A stretch of DNA of 64,000 bases. Origin: Candidatus Parcubacteria bacterium. GTDB taxonomy: Bacteria; Patescibacteriota; Minisyncoccia; JACPXH01. Below the pieces are notes generated by a model, which ran no database searches, had not been told where the DNA came from, and saw only the letters and a program-made list of their open reading frames with translations. How positions within the stretch are numbered: position 1 is the first letter of the stretch; the number at the start of each line of letters is the position of its first letter. Location of the stretch: assembly GCA_016196625.1 (NCBI GenBank), contig JACPXH010000006.1, positions 32,660 through 96,659 of the forward strand, in the 5' to 3' direction. This document shows positions 34,898 to 44,262 of the stretch, in pieces. The position numbers and the translations under genes are program-made.

Positions 34898-36349
34898 GCG
34901 AGGTTGTGGACAAGTGAAACGCCTAAACACGTCGGCAAGACTGTGGAGCTTGTCGGTTGGGTGGCCAACCGTCGCGATCACGGCAAACTGATTTTTTTGG
35001 ATTTTCGTGATCGCAGCGGCGTGGTACAGGCGGTCGTCTCGCCCGAAAACGCCGAGGTGCATGCCGCGGCAGACAAGCTTCGGTCAGAGTGGGTGATTGC
35101 GCTTGAGGGTGAAGTGCGCGCGCGCCCTGAAAAAATGGTGAACCCCGCCATCTCGACCGGTTCGATTGAGGTCGCTGCGACTGCGATTCGCGTGCTCTCC
35201 GAATCCTCAACCCCGCCGTTTCCGCTTGATACCGTCGGCTATGACATTGGCGAGGATAACCGGATGAAGTATCGGTATCTTGATTTGCGCCGCGAGCGGA
35301 TGAAACGCAACCTGCTTTTGCGCCACGAGGTTACGCTCTTTATGCGTAACTGGCTCGCGAAGCGCGGGTTTGTTGAGGTGGAAACGCCGATTCTTACCAA
35401 ATCCACGCCCGAAGGTGCTCGGGATTACGTGGTGCCGTCTCGTCTGCAGGCGGGCAAGTTTTATGCCTTGCCGCAGTCGCCCCAACAATATAAGCAACTC
35501 CTCATGGTGGCGGGGCTTGAGCGGTATTTTCAAATTGCGCGGTGCTTTCGCGACGAAGACACAAGAGGCGACCGGCAGCCGGAATTCACCCAGCTCGATA
35601 TTGAAATGAGCTTTGTAACGCAGGAGGAGATTTTACAGCTGGTTGAAGAGCTGTACGTTGAATTGGTCAAGGTCGTGACCCCGCAGCATCATATCGCGCA
35701 GATACCGTTTCCGCGGCTTTCGTACGAAGAGGCAATGGCTAAATATCAAAGCGAAAAGCCGGATTTGCGCACGGACAAAACCGATAAGAATGAGCTGGCT
35801 TTTGCGTTTATCGTGGATTTTCCGATGTTCGAGTGGAAAGAGACGGAAGAGCGCTGGGATGCGGTGCACCACCCGTTCACGAAAGTTCAAAGTTCAAAGT
35901 TCAAAGTTCAAAGTTCGCAAGAAGAATTTATCGAATATATAAAGCAGAGTCCTGGTGAGTTGATCGCCCAGCAGTACGATTTCGTGTTGAACGGTTTTGA
36001 GATCGGTGGCGGGTCTATCCGCGAGCACAGCCCGAAGATTCTGGAGGCGGTGTTCGAGGTCCTCGGGCATACTCGGGAGGAAATCCATGCGAAGTTTGGA
36101 CATCTGCTCGAGGCTTTTTCTTACGGCGTTCCGCCCCACGGCGGCATCGCGCCCGGCATTGACCGACTGGTGATGGTGCTGGCGGGCGAGGAGAATATCC
36201 GCGAGGTGATTGCATTCCCCAAAACCGGCGACGGAAGAGACCTCATGATGAACGCACCGGCTGAAATTTCAGCCGAGCAGTTGCACGAACTCCACTTAGA
36301 AGTTCTGGGTGAGGGCAGGAAATCCGGTGAGCTCAAAAAATCCAAATAA
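34898..36349 (+). CDS. aspS: aspartate--tRNA ligase
   Basis: OB-fold anticodon-binding domain, class II motifs (QSPQQYKQLLMVAGLERYFQIARCFRDEDTRGDRQPEFTQLDIEMSF and the GGSIREH/GIDRLVM motif 3 region). The insertion domain is shorter than in E. coli AspRS. Start set at MARLW (34898). Confidence 0.9.
   Translation, partial: ARLWTSETPKHVGKTVELVGWVANRRDHGKLIFLDFRDRSGVVQAVVSPENAEVHAAADKLRSEWVIALEGEVRARPEKMVNPAISTGSIEVAATAIRVLSESSTPPFPLDTVGYDIGEDNRMKYRYLDLRRERMKRNLLLRHEVTLFMRNWLAKRGFVEVETPILTKSTPEGARDYVVPSRLQAGKFYALPQSPQQYKQLLMVAGLERYFQIARCFRDEDTRGDRQPEFTQLDIEMSFVTQEEILQLVEELYVELVKVVTPQHHIAQIPFPRLSYEEAMAKYQSEKPDLRTDKTDKNELAFAFIVDFPMFEWKETEERWDAVHHPFTKVQSSKFKVQSSQEEFIEYIKQSPGELIAQQYDFVLNGFEIGGGSIREHSPKILEAVFEVLGHTREEIHAKFGHLLEAFSYGVPPHGGIAPGIDRLVMVLAGEENIREVIAFPKTGDGRDLMMNAPAEISAEQLHELHLEVLGEGRKSGELKKSK
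35882..35916 (+). repeat. in-frame heptanucleotide tandem repeat (AAAGTTC)x5 inside aspS
   Basis: Encodes KVQSSKFKVQSS. A 7 nt unit is not a multiple of 3. Confidence 0.9.
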
Positions 36350-36428
36350 CAAAGCTCAAATGACAAATCGAATCCAAAATCCAAAGCCCAAAACCGTCTT
36401 TTGGCATTTGGGTTTCGGCATTTGACAT
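36338..36428. repeat. degenerate heptamer arrays in inverted orientation (…AAATCCA AAGCCCA AAACCG / TTTTGGC ATTTGGG TTTCGGC ATTTGAC)
   Basis: A 7 bp period of NNNCAAA units is followed by its inverted complement. Spans the aspS stop to the dacA promoter region. Confidence 0.7.
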
Positions 36429-36435
36429 TCCCGTT

Positions 36436-37431
36436 ATGTGGTCTCGTCTAGCCCTCGCGGGCGCCATCTTCCTCGTTTTTGCGGCTAGTCTGTTTGTGGA
36501 CGTGAGAGCGCCCAGACGCCGCGCTTCTCCGGGCGGGCAATTGGCGTCGGTCGGGCAATTGCCGGTAGCTGAAGGTGGAGGGGACATCTTTTTGGAAGCT
36601 GCCACCGCTCTTGATCTTGCGCCGCGGCGGAACTGGCAGACGGCAAACTTTGAAACTTTAAGCCGTGCAGCGGTCGCCGTGCTGCTGGCACGGGGCGAGC
36701 GCAAGAACGATCGGATTCTGCTCCAGAAAAACTTGCTCGAGCGGGTGCCCATTGCCAGTATCACCAAGCTCATGACGGCGATAGTGGCGCTGGATTACGA
36801 TGAGGCTCTACCGTTTGCCGAGCCGGCAGTGATCTCGCGGCAAGCCGCGACCACTGAAGGGCAAAGCGCCGGGCTTATGATGGGCGAGCGTCTGGCGGCT
36901 CAAGACTTGTTGGGGTTGATGCTGGTCGCCTCGGCCAACGATGCGGCCGTGGCGTTGGCGGAGCATGTCGGGCAGGTGGTTGCGCGACCCGGAGAAGATT
37001 CGGTGGCAGCATTCGTGCGGTTGATGAATGATCATAGCCGCATGCTCGGTCTTACCGACACCAGCTTTGCCAACCCGGCGGGGCTGGACGATCCCAATAA
37101 CTATTCGACCGCGGCCGATCTGGTGGAGTTGGTGAAGATATCGCGGCAGTATCCGGCTATTTGGGCGGAGTTGGCGAAATCCTCTCTTGACATAGCGTCG
37201 CTCGAGGGACGCAAGCACCACGTGCAGAGCACAGACGATCTGCTGGGTGTGTTGCCAGGGTTCGAGGGCGGCAAGACTGGCTTTACCTCGGAGGCCGGGG
37301 GAAGCATGGTGGCGGTAACGCGGATTGGTCCCCACGGAGAGGAAGTGGTTACGGTGGTGCTGGGCAGTGCTGACCGCTTTGGTGAGACGAGGCGGCTCAT
37401 CGAGTGGCTGGGACAGGCGTACCTGTGGTGA
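36436..37431 (+). CDS. D-alanyl-D-alanine carboxypeptidase (PBP5/6-type serine peptidase)
   Basis: SITKLMT (SxxK), SANDAA (SxN) and KTGFT (KTG) motifs. N-terminal signal/anchor. Confidence 0.85.
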   Translation: MWSRLALAGAIFLVFAASLFVDVRAPRRRASPGGQLASVGQLPVAEGGGDIFLEAATALDLAPRRNWQTANFETLSRAAVAVLLARGERKNDRILLQKNLLERVPIASITKLMTAIVALDYDEALPFAEPAVISRQAATTEGQSAGLMMGERLAAQDLLGLMLVASANDAAVALAEHVGQVVARPGEDSVAAFVRLMNDHSRMLGLTDTSFANPAGLDDPNNYSTAADLVELVKISRQYPAIWAELAKSSLDIASLEGRKHHVQSTDDLLGVLPGFEGGKTGFTSEAGGSMVAVTRIGPHGEEVVTVVLGSADRFGETRRLIEWLGQAYLW

Positions 37432-37507
37432 GTTTAGTCCCGGTGTTCCCGGGGCCTTTTGTTGGCAGCGATTGTCATTTCTCGGCTTTGGCGCTATAAT
37501 TCCAGTC

Positions 37508-38551
37508 ATGATGGCAGCCAGCGAAGTTGTCCGCATTCTCGCACTCACGACGATCTCGTTCGTCGTGGCCATGCTGGGGACCCCGATCCTCACGCACTTC
37601 CTCTACCGCTACCGTTTGGGCAAGCAAATCCGACAGGATCCCGCCACGCCGATTTATTCAAGCCTGCACAAGGCCAAAGAGGGTACACCCACCATGGGCG
37701 GCATTTTAGTTTGGGGGGTCGCATTTCTTTTGGTTGTGGTTTTCGGTCTTGCGGATCTCGCGTGGCCCGGGAGCGTTTTCGCGAAACTCAATTTCTTGTC
37801 TCGTTCGCAGACATTGCTGCCATTGGGTGCGTTGGTGTTGAGTGCCTTAATCGGCTTGGGTGACGATCTCTTAGGTATTTTCCGAATCGGCCCCAAAGGA
37901 GGAGGGCTCAACATGAAGCACCGGCTCGTGTTATACACCATCGTTGCCGCAATCGTGGCCTGGTGGTTTTACGCCAAGCTTGGCCGGCATGTGCTGCATG
38001 TGCCTTTTGCGGGCAATTTTGACTTGGACGGTTGGTTTATCGCTTTTGCCGCTTTTATTATCGTCGCCACGGCATTTTCAACCAACGAGGCTGACGGGCT
38101 TGACGGTCTTGCCGGAGGGGTCATGCTCATTGCCTACGCGGCGCTGGGCGCAATTGCCTTTCGCGCCGGGCTCTACGATCTGGCTGCGTTTTCCGGAGTG
38201 CTCATCGGTGGCCTACTCGCGTTCCTGTGGTTCAATATCCATCCGGCCCGGTTTTTCCTGGGCGATACGGGTGCCATGTCTCTTGGGGTTACGCTGGGCG
38301 TTATGGCCCTGTTGACGAATACGGCGCTCCTCTTGCCGCTTATCTTTTTCATTCCGTTTTTGGAGTCGGCTTCGGTGATTGCACAGGTGATTTCCAAAAA
38401 GTTTTTCGGCCGGAAGATTTTCCTCTCCACACCCATCCACCACCACTTTGAAGCCTTAGGTTGGCCGGAGTCCAAGGTAACCATGCGGTTTTGGATTGTG
38501 GCAGGCGTGATGGCAGTGGGTGGGGTGATTGCGGTGTTGGTGGGGCGGTGA
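37508..38551 (+). CDS. mraY: phospho-N-acetylmuramoyl-pentapeptide transferase MraY
   Basis: Ten TM helices. Conserved NEADGLDGLAGG and histidine-rich motifs. ATGATG start at 37508. Confidence 0.9.
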   Translation: MMAASEVVRILALTTISFVVAMLGTPILTHFLYRYRLGKQIRQDPATPIYSSLHKAKEGTPTMGGILVWGVAFLLVVVFGLADLAWPGSVFAKLNFLSRSQTLLPLGALVLSALIGLGDDLLGIFRIGPKGGGLNMKHRLVLYTIVAAIVAWWFYAKLGRHVLHVPFAGNFDLDGWFIAFAAFIIVATAFSTNEADGLDGLAGGVMLIAYAALGAIAFRAGLYDLAAFSGVLIGGLLAFLWFNIHPARFFLGDTGAMSLGVTLGVMALLTNTALLLPLIFFIPFLESASVIAQVISKKFFGRKIFLSTPIHHHFEALGWPESKVTMRFWIVAGVMAVGGVIAVLVGR

Positions 38552-38717
38552 GTGGTGTAGCGTTTATCCGAAAACATCTCTAAGCGATCGCGTGAGAATG
38601 TTTTCCGGAAAACTGGAGCGGGGTTTGGAGTTGAACGCTATAGATGTTGGCGGAGAAAAGAGAAGCGACAGGCCCGATCTCGGGCCTGTCGCAGACGTTC
38701 GCGCGGGGCTATCCGTG

Positions 38718-39935
38718 TTACGCGCGCGATTCTAACAGGAAAGAATTGTGGAGTTTGAGGTTCGCCGCACCCCCGTTCACAAACAACTCCACCGAGACGT
38801 CGTAGTGCGTCTCGCGCCACTTTTCGATGTGGTGGCGGGCCCGGCCGAAAATGTCTCGGCCAAGTTCTTCGGCGCAGTCTGCGGGCAGCTCAACCGTGAG
38901 CTCAACCCAGCGGCTCGACCCGAACTCAACCGTCGCAATCTGCTTTGCCTTGCTCACCCTGAATTCGAGTCGAATTTCTCCCAGCACGTAATCCGATTCG
39001 CCGATGCGCTCCACGTTGGAAGCGAGGTTGCCGTCTTCGGGCTGCATTGCTTTGAGCAACGAGGTGAGCCAGACATCGAGCAGAGCGATGCTGTCCGCCT
39101 GCTCTTTGATCCACTGAAGCGTCTCCGGCCGGCACGACCGTTTGTTCGTTTGCTCGAGCCGGTCAAGCGCGGCGAGCGCCTCGGCGTTTCGGATGTCGCG
39201 CTTGGCAAGCTCCGGGCCGCCGCGGCGCGCCCGAGCCATGACGAGCACCCGCTGGATCTCGTCAGGCATAAGGGGCTGCTCGAGCCAGAGTTCGATGGTG
39301 GTATCGGTGGTGATAGGAGGAACGCCGACGTGATCTCGGATGAGACGGAGGATGCGATCCTGTTCGGTCTCAGAGACGAACCGCCCATGCGCTTTCCACT
39401 CGGCGAAGGACTCTCCTTTGCGCAGGTCGTTGCCAGCCGGTCCGGGCCGGTAGGCAGCGATCATGAACCGGAACGCCACGACGCTCTCCTCAGTCGGCCT
39501 CGATGTCCAGTCCTGAATTATGCTGCCGAGCATGGCCAGTTTCGTCTCAAGGAGCGTGCCGTGTCGTGTCGTTCCGGATCCTTTAGTGTCCGGCCAGTGG
39601 CCGTCCTTCACAAGCCGTGCGTCCGGCAGCTGCCAATAGAGTTCCCGCAGGTGTTGGCGGAACTGTTTGTCCGCCTTCGCGAACGCGGCCCGAGCTTGGC
39701 CTCGCGGCTCGTCATGGCACAGGCCAAGCTCGGTTAGTTCGTAGGAGCGGCCGAGCAGCATAACCAGCTCTTCGGCGACTCCGTCGTTATGCGCTTTGGC
39801 TGCGGCCAATAGTGCTCTGGTGAGCACCCGACTGTGCTGTGCTGGCGTTATTTCTTCGCTCGCGTTGAGTAGGTGGGCGGCCAGGAACTGATGGAGATTC
39901 GCTTTCTCTGGATCTACTTCGATCAGATTCTTCAT
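38718..39935 (-). CDS. hypothetical protein (405 aa), high GC
   Basis: Start MKNLIEVDPEK after GGAGGGAAAC. No family recognised. The long + strand ORF opposite is R-rich antisense. Confidence 0.5.
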   Translation of the reverse strand: MKNLIEVDPEKANLHQFLAAHLLNASEEITPAQHSRVLTRALLAAAKAHNDGVAEELVMLLGRSYELTELGLCHDEPRGQARAAFAKADKQFRQHLRELYWQLPDARLVKDGHWPDTKGSGTTRHGTLLETKLAMLGSIIQDWTSRPTEESVVAFRFMIAAYRPGPAGNDLRKGESFAEWKAHGRFVSETEQDRILRLIRDHVGVPPITTDTTIELWLEQPLMPDEIQRVLVMARARRGGPELAKRDIRNAEALAALDRLEQTNKRSCRPETLQWIKEQADSIALLDVWLTSLLKAMQPEDGNLASNVERIGESDYVLGEIRLEFRVSKAKQIATVEFGSSRWVELTVELPADCAEELGRDIFGRARHHIEKWRETHYDVSVELFVNGGAANLKLHNSFLLESRA

Positions 39936-40198
39936 GTTTCCTCCCTGCGGCCGTAGCCGCTCCGCCTCTTGGCGGCTGCCTTCCTGCCCGTAGGCCGGAA
40001 GCCGCGACTGAAAGCCCGTAGGCTCCAGATCGCGGATGTGGTAGTGAAAAGAACCCATCCGCCCTCATGCGGATTGACTCTACGGTATCGTCGTATCTTT
40101 GGGGGTGTCAAGCTAGTGTAGAGTACACATCAATGGGTGACGATTCGCCATGCGAGGGGTGACTAACGCGCAATGCCGCGACCTCAAAAGCTGCGAGT

Positions 40199-40232
40199 CC
40201 ATTCTAATGTATTAATACATTAGAATGATGGT
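40199..40232. repeat. AT-rich palindrome, copy 3 (CCATTCTAATGTATTAATACATTAGAATGATGG)
   Basis: Lies in the divergent intergenic region between 39935 and 40445. Confidence 0.8.
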
Positions 40233-40444
40233 GTTTGCTTGCGAAAAGCTGATTGCGTTGTTCATGTGGTCTAGGGCGGGCGTCGAGTCCGCTGCCGCGC
40301 CAACAATTCTAATAGAATTTGAGTGGGGGGCAGTTACAAGAAGCTTGTAGAAAGCTTGCAGAACGCAGCGCGCTCGGGTTACTGTGGATGCGTCCGCAAA
40401 CCGCTGCCCGGAACAGGGCGGCCAGAAAAGGGAGGAGGGAGGCG

Positions 40445-41227
40445 ATGTTCAATTCGGCATGGGAGGTTGATCGGGGTCGGGTCTTTGAAAACATCGGAAC
40501 GTGGGGGGAGTTTTTGCTCGATTGGGGTCGGAACCGAACCCAGCTGGGAGCGGTCGGGCTTCTCTACGGCGGAACCGAAGTGCCTATCTCGGCCACCACC
40601 CTCGAAGAACGGGCAAGGGAAATTGCCCGGCGTCTGGACTTTTATCTGAAGTGGGCCCTCCAAGAGGAGTGGGCGGCGGAACCGAACACTGCCGTTGCCG
40701 TAACTAGCCAGCAGCTCATCGTCAAGCACTGGCTCAAGGTGTTGATGCGCGCCGCGGATGATTGTTTCTGTGGCAGCCACCAACTCCTGCTCGCCTTTCT
40801 CCACACGCGGTGGCCGTCGCTCCTGGCGCCGCCGTATCCCCGCTTCGTCGCCGAGTACCTCTCTGAGATTTGCCATGTGTGGCAGTTCGGCGATCCTGCG
40901 CGTAGGGATATCAGGTTGCCCATTCAGAACCTTACGGACTTCGTTGTCCCAGCCCTGTGCGTCTGGGGACTCGGCTACAGGTTGGCGGAAGATCATGCCC
41001 GGCCAGATGCCGCCGACATGATCTCGGTTTGGCTTAGGTACAGATCGTACGACCTCTCTTCCGCGATGCAGCACATCTCTGGTTGCGGTCGGCCGTGGGT
41101 TGACCTCCGCCTTGATGTTGACGAAGTCGATGAAGAGGCGAATATCCGGGCAACGCTCGCACTGTTCAAGCTTCGGCATCAAGCCGGCAAGGATGTCCTG
41201 ACCGGATCTCCGAAAGCTCCGTTCTAG
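40445..41227 (+). CDS. hypothetical protein (260 aa), high GC
   Basis: SD AAAGGGAGGAGGGAGG before the ATG. No family recognised. Terminator at 41231-41270. Confidence 0.5.
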   Translation: MFNSAWEVDRGRVFENIGTWGEFLLDWGRNRTQLGAVGLLYGGTEVPISATTLEERAREIARRLDFYLKWALQEEWAAEPNTAVAVTSQQLIVKHWLKVLMRAADDCFCGSHQLLLAFLHTRWPSLLAPPYPRFVAEYLSEICHVWQFGDPARRDIRLPIQNLTDFVVPALCVWGLGYRLAEDHARPDAADMISVWLRYRSYDLSSAMQHISGCGRPWVDLRLDVDEVDEEANIRATLALFKLRHQAGKDVLTGSPKAPF

Positions 41228-41285
41228 CACGGCAGCCCCAGCGAAGATGCTTCGCTGGGGCTGCTTCTCTTTGTGTGGTATAATC

Positions 41286-41320
41286 AAGCTGGTGCAGTCG
41301 TTTTCGTTTTGACATTTGAG
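41286..41320 (+). repeat. heptamer tandem array (TCGTTTT CGTTTTG ACATTTG AGCTTTG AGTTTTG AGTTTCA)
   Basis: Lies between an extended -10 (TGTGGTATAAT, 41271-41281) and the D-aminoacylase start codon. Confidence 0.7.
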
Positions 41321-41343
41321 CTTTGAGTTTTGAGTTTCAGAAC

Positions 41344-42927
41344 ATGCCCGCTTACGACCTTCTCATCAAAAACGGCACGGTGATTGACGGCACGGGCCGC
41401 AAGCGTTTTCAGGCTGACGTTGCCATTTACGAGGACAAAATTGCGAAAGTGGCCGTAATCCCCGATACGGCGGCCCGGACGGTGATTGACGCTTCCGGAA
41501 AGTTCGTCTCTCCCGGCTTCATTGACATCCTGAATCACTCGGACACGTATTTGACGCTGCTTACCATGCCGGTACAGGAATCGCTGCTCTATCAAGGAAT
41601 TACCACAGCCATCGGCGGCAACTGCGGTTCATCTCTGGCGCCCTTGGTGAGTGGGGCCGTCATCAAAACGATCCAGAAGTGGACTTCGGTGCAGGCCGTC
41701 AATGTCAACTGGCAGACTTTCTCCGAGTACCTTGAAACGCTGGAGAAAAGCCGTCTGGGAGTGAATTTCGGATCGCTCGTGGGGCATGCCACTTTGCGCC
41801 GGGGGCTGCTTAAAGAGGAGTTCCGGCCGCTCCGGCAAAGCGAATTTGACGATATGTCATTCTTACTCGAAGCCGCGATGGATGAAGGGGCGTTTGGACT
41901 TTCCACTGGTCTTTCGTACAGCCATGCGAAAATCGCGCCGACCGAAGAAATCACCGATCTGGCCGCGATCGTGGCGCGACACGGGGGCGTATACGCCACG
42001 CACGTACGGGCCGAGTCGGATGAGCTTCTGGACGCCATCACCGAGACTGTGAAGATCGCGCACGACTCGGGCGTGTCCTTGGAGGTTTCGCATTTGAAGG
42101 CCATGGGTCGCAAGTACTGGGGCAACTTTGAGGGTGCGATCGCGCTCTTGGAAGACGCGCGCGATGCGGGGATTGATCTTAATTTCGACGTGCATCCGTA
42201 TACCGTTACGGGTTCGGTGTTGTATATTCTTTTGCCCGACTGGGTGGTGGAAGGCGGGAGACGGCGCATGCTCGAGCGTTTGAAAAATCCCGAAACCGCA
42301 GCCAAGGCGAAAGAAGACCTTGACGCGCTCGGCTTTGATTACGATCACATCATGATCGGCTCCACCCACGCGGACCGAACCTTCGTGGGTAAGACCATGG
42401 TCGAGATCGCGACGCGCCAAGGCGTAAGCGTAACCGAAGCCATTATTAGGCTCCTTATCGCAACCGAGGGCCACGTGATTACGCTTTCAGACGTGCTCTC
42501 GGAAGACAACGTGAAGCTCGGCGTCACGCATCCGGCGTCCTTCGTTGTGTCGGACGGCCAAGGGTACACGCTCATGCATCGCCAGTCCGGGGAGCTCGTG
42601 CACCCGCGCTGTTTCGGCGCGTTCCCGCGGCTCATGGCCGAATACGTCAGGCGCCAGCATCTCCTGGACTGGGAGGAAGCGATCTGGAAAATTACCGGGG
42701 GCCCGGCCGAAAAGTATCATCTCGCGGGGCGCGGCACGCTTGAGCGGGGCGCGTGGGCAGATGTGGTTGTGTTTGATCCCCAGACTATCGCCGAGCGCGC
42801 GACCTTCACCAACCCGTACCAGTATGCCCAAGGGGTTGAGCACCTTTTGATAAACGGGGTTTCAGTGATTGCGCAAGGGGAACACACCGGCGCGCGGGCC
42901 GGAAGAGTGTTGCGACGGAATGAGTAG
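41344..42927 (+). CDS. N-acyl-D-amino-acid deacylase (D-aminoacylase) family amidohydrolase
   Basis: MPAYDLLIKNGTVIDGTG ... SPGFIDILNHSD and the metal-dependent amidohydrolase core. ~528 aa. Confidence 0.8.
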   Translation: MPAYDLLIKNGTVIDGTGRKRFQADVAIYEDKIAKVAVIPDTAARTVIDASGKFVSPGFIDILNHSDTYLTLLTMPVQESLLYQGITTAIGGNCGSSLAPLVSGAVIKTIQKWTSVQAVNVNWQTFSEYLETLEKSRLGVNFGSLVGHATLRRGLLKEEFRPLRQSEFDDMSFLLEAAMDEGAFGLSTGLSYSHAKIAPTEEITDLAAIVARHGGVYATHVRAESDELLDAITETVKIAHDSGVSLEVSHLKAMGRKYWGNFEGAIALLEDARDAGIDLNFDVHPYTVTGSVLYILLPDWVVEGGRRRMLERLKNPETAAKAKEDLDALGFDYDHIMIGSTHADRTFVGKTMVEIATRQGVSVTEAIIRLLIATEGHVITLSDVLSEDNVKLGVTHPASFVVSDGQGYTLMHRQSGELVHPRCFGAFPRLMAEYVRRQHLLDWEEAIWKITGGPAEKYHLAGRGTLERGAWADVVVFDPQTIAERATFTNPYQYAQGVEHLLINGVSVIAQGEHTGARAGRVLRRNE

Positions 42928-42953
42928 CGGAGAGTTCAGACGATTCTCATACG

Positions 42954-44255
42954 ATGGGCAGATTTGCGGAGTTCAAAAACAAACGGGTGCTTATCATGGG
43001 CTTGGGGCTCCATGGCGGCGGGGTGGGGGCAGCGCGTTTTTTTGCTCAAGCCGGCGCGCAGGTTACCGCCACTGATTTGCGTTCGGCGTCAGAACTTGCG
43101 CCCTCGCTCAAGGCTCTGGAAGGGTTACCCGTCCGGTACGTTCTCGGCCGGCACCGCGAAGAAGATGTTCTGCACACCGATCTGGTGATTCAAAATCCAG
43201 GCGTGCCGGCAAACTCGCCCTACTTGCGGGTGGCGCGTCGGGCCGGGATCGCCATTGATACGGACGTCGGGGTATTCGCGCGTCTCTGCCCGGCGCCCAC
43301 GATCGGTATCACCGGCACCAAAGGTAAATCCACCACCGCCACCCTCATCGCGCAGTGCCTCAAGCGGCATTTCAAGAGCGTGGTACTCGCGGGCAACATC
43401 AGAACGTCCGTGCTCTCGGTGCTGGGGGCCATCAGTCCCGCAACCAAAGTGGTTTTAGAGCTTTCCTCATGGCAGTTGGAGGGGCTGGCCAAGATTCGTT
43501 TCTCGCCCCACATGGCAGTGATTACCAATATTTTCCCCGAGCATCTCAACCGCTACCGCAGCTTCGACGCCTATGCGCGGGCCAAGGGGCTCATCGCTAA
43601 GCACCAGACCCGGCAGGATCATCTGTTTATCCCTCACGGGAACCCACTCATCCGGAAGGTTACTGCCGGCACCAAAGCGCGCGTGCATGTGTGGAGCCGG
43701 CGCGATGCGCTGCCGGATGATCTCCGTGTCCGGGGCGAACACAATTACGAGAACATGCGAGCCGCACAGGCAGTGGCCCGATTCATCGGTGTCTCGAAGG
43801 CAGATGTTGGTCGAGTGTTCAAGTCGTTCCGTGGACTCGAGGGTCGCTGTGAGGTGGTGCGACGACTCGGCGGCATCACCTACATCAACGATACCACTGC
43901 CACCATGCCCGAAGCAGCCATTGCGGCGATCGAAGCAATGCCGCGTCCGCCCATTGTGATTGCGGGTGGCGCCGATAAAAATCTAGATTATTCGGGTTTG
44001 GCTAGAGCGATTGAGCGACGCGCTAAAGCCGTCGTGCTGATCAGGGGATCGGCAACGGATAAGCTCAAGCCGGAGCTAGGCGGCAGGCCGCCGGAAGTCG
44101 GTTCTATGGCCCAGGCGGTACGCCTTGCCCGAAAGCAGGCTCGGCCCGGGGATACTGTTTTGCTCTCGCCGGGTGCAGCCAGCTTTGGGTTGTTTTTGCA
44201 CGAATTCGATCGGGGCCAGAAATTTGTCGAGGCAGTAAGCAAGCTTAAGCGGTAA
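42954..44255 (+). CDS. murD: UDP-N-acetylmuramoylalanine--D-glutamate ligase MurD
   Basis: Rossmann N-terminus (VLIMGLGLHGGG) and Mur ligase P-loop (GITGTKGKSTT). Confidence 0.9.
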   Translation: MGRFAEFKNKRVLIMGLGLHGGGVGAARFFAQAGAQVTATDLRSASELAPSLKALEGLPVRYVLGRHREEDVLHTDLVIQNPGVPANSPYLRVARRAGIAIDTDVGVFARLCPAPTIGITGTKGKSTTATLIAQCLKRHFKSVVLAGNIRTSVLSVLGAISPATKVVLELSSWQLEGLAKIRFSPHMAVITNIFPEHLNRYRSFDAYARAKGLIAKHQTRQDHLFIPHGNPLIRKVTAGTKARVHVWSRRDALPDDLRVRGEHNYENMRAAQAVARFIGVSKADVGRVFKSFRGLEGRCEVVRRLGGITYINDTTATMPEAAIAAIEAMPRPPIVIAGGADKNLDYSGLARAIERRAKAVVLIRGSATDKLKPELGGRPPEVGSMAQAVRLARKQARPGDTVLLSPGAASFGLFLHEFDRGQKFVEAVSKLKR

Positions 44256-44262
44256 CTGCCAT

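Noticed and set aside
38748-39737. Long ORFs antisense to real genes (e.g. 38748..39737 +, 40379..41287 -, 19279..19773 -, 24390..25334 -, 10187..10894 -, 22558..23178 -)
   Set aside because: Each lies opposite a gene with clear homology (dnaK, cysS, dnaJ) or a better-supported ORF. They are Arg/Pro/Ser-rich and lack an SD. This is the typical high-GC shadow-ORF artefact.
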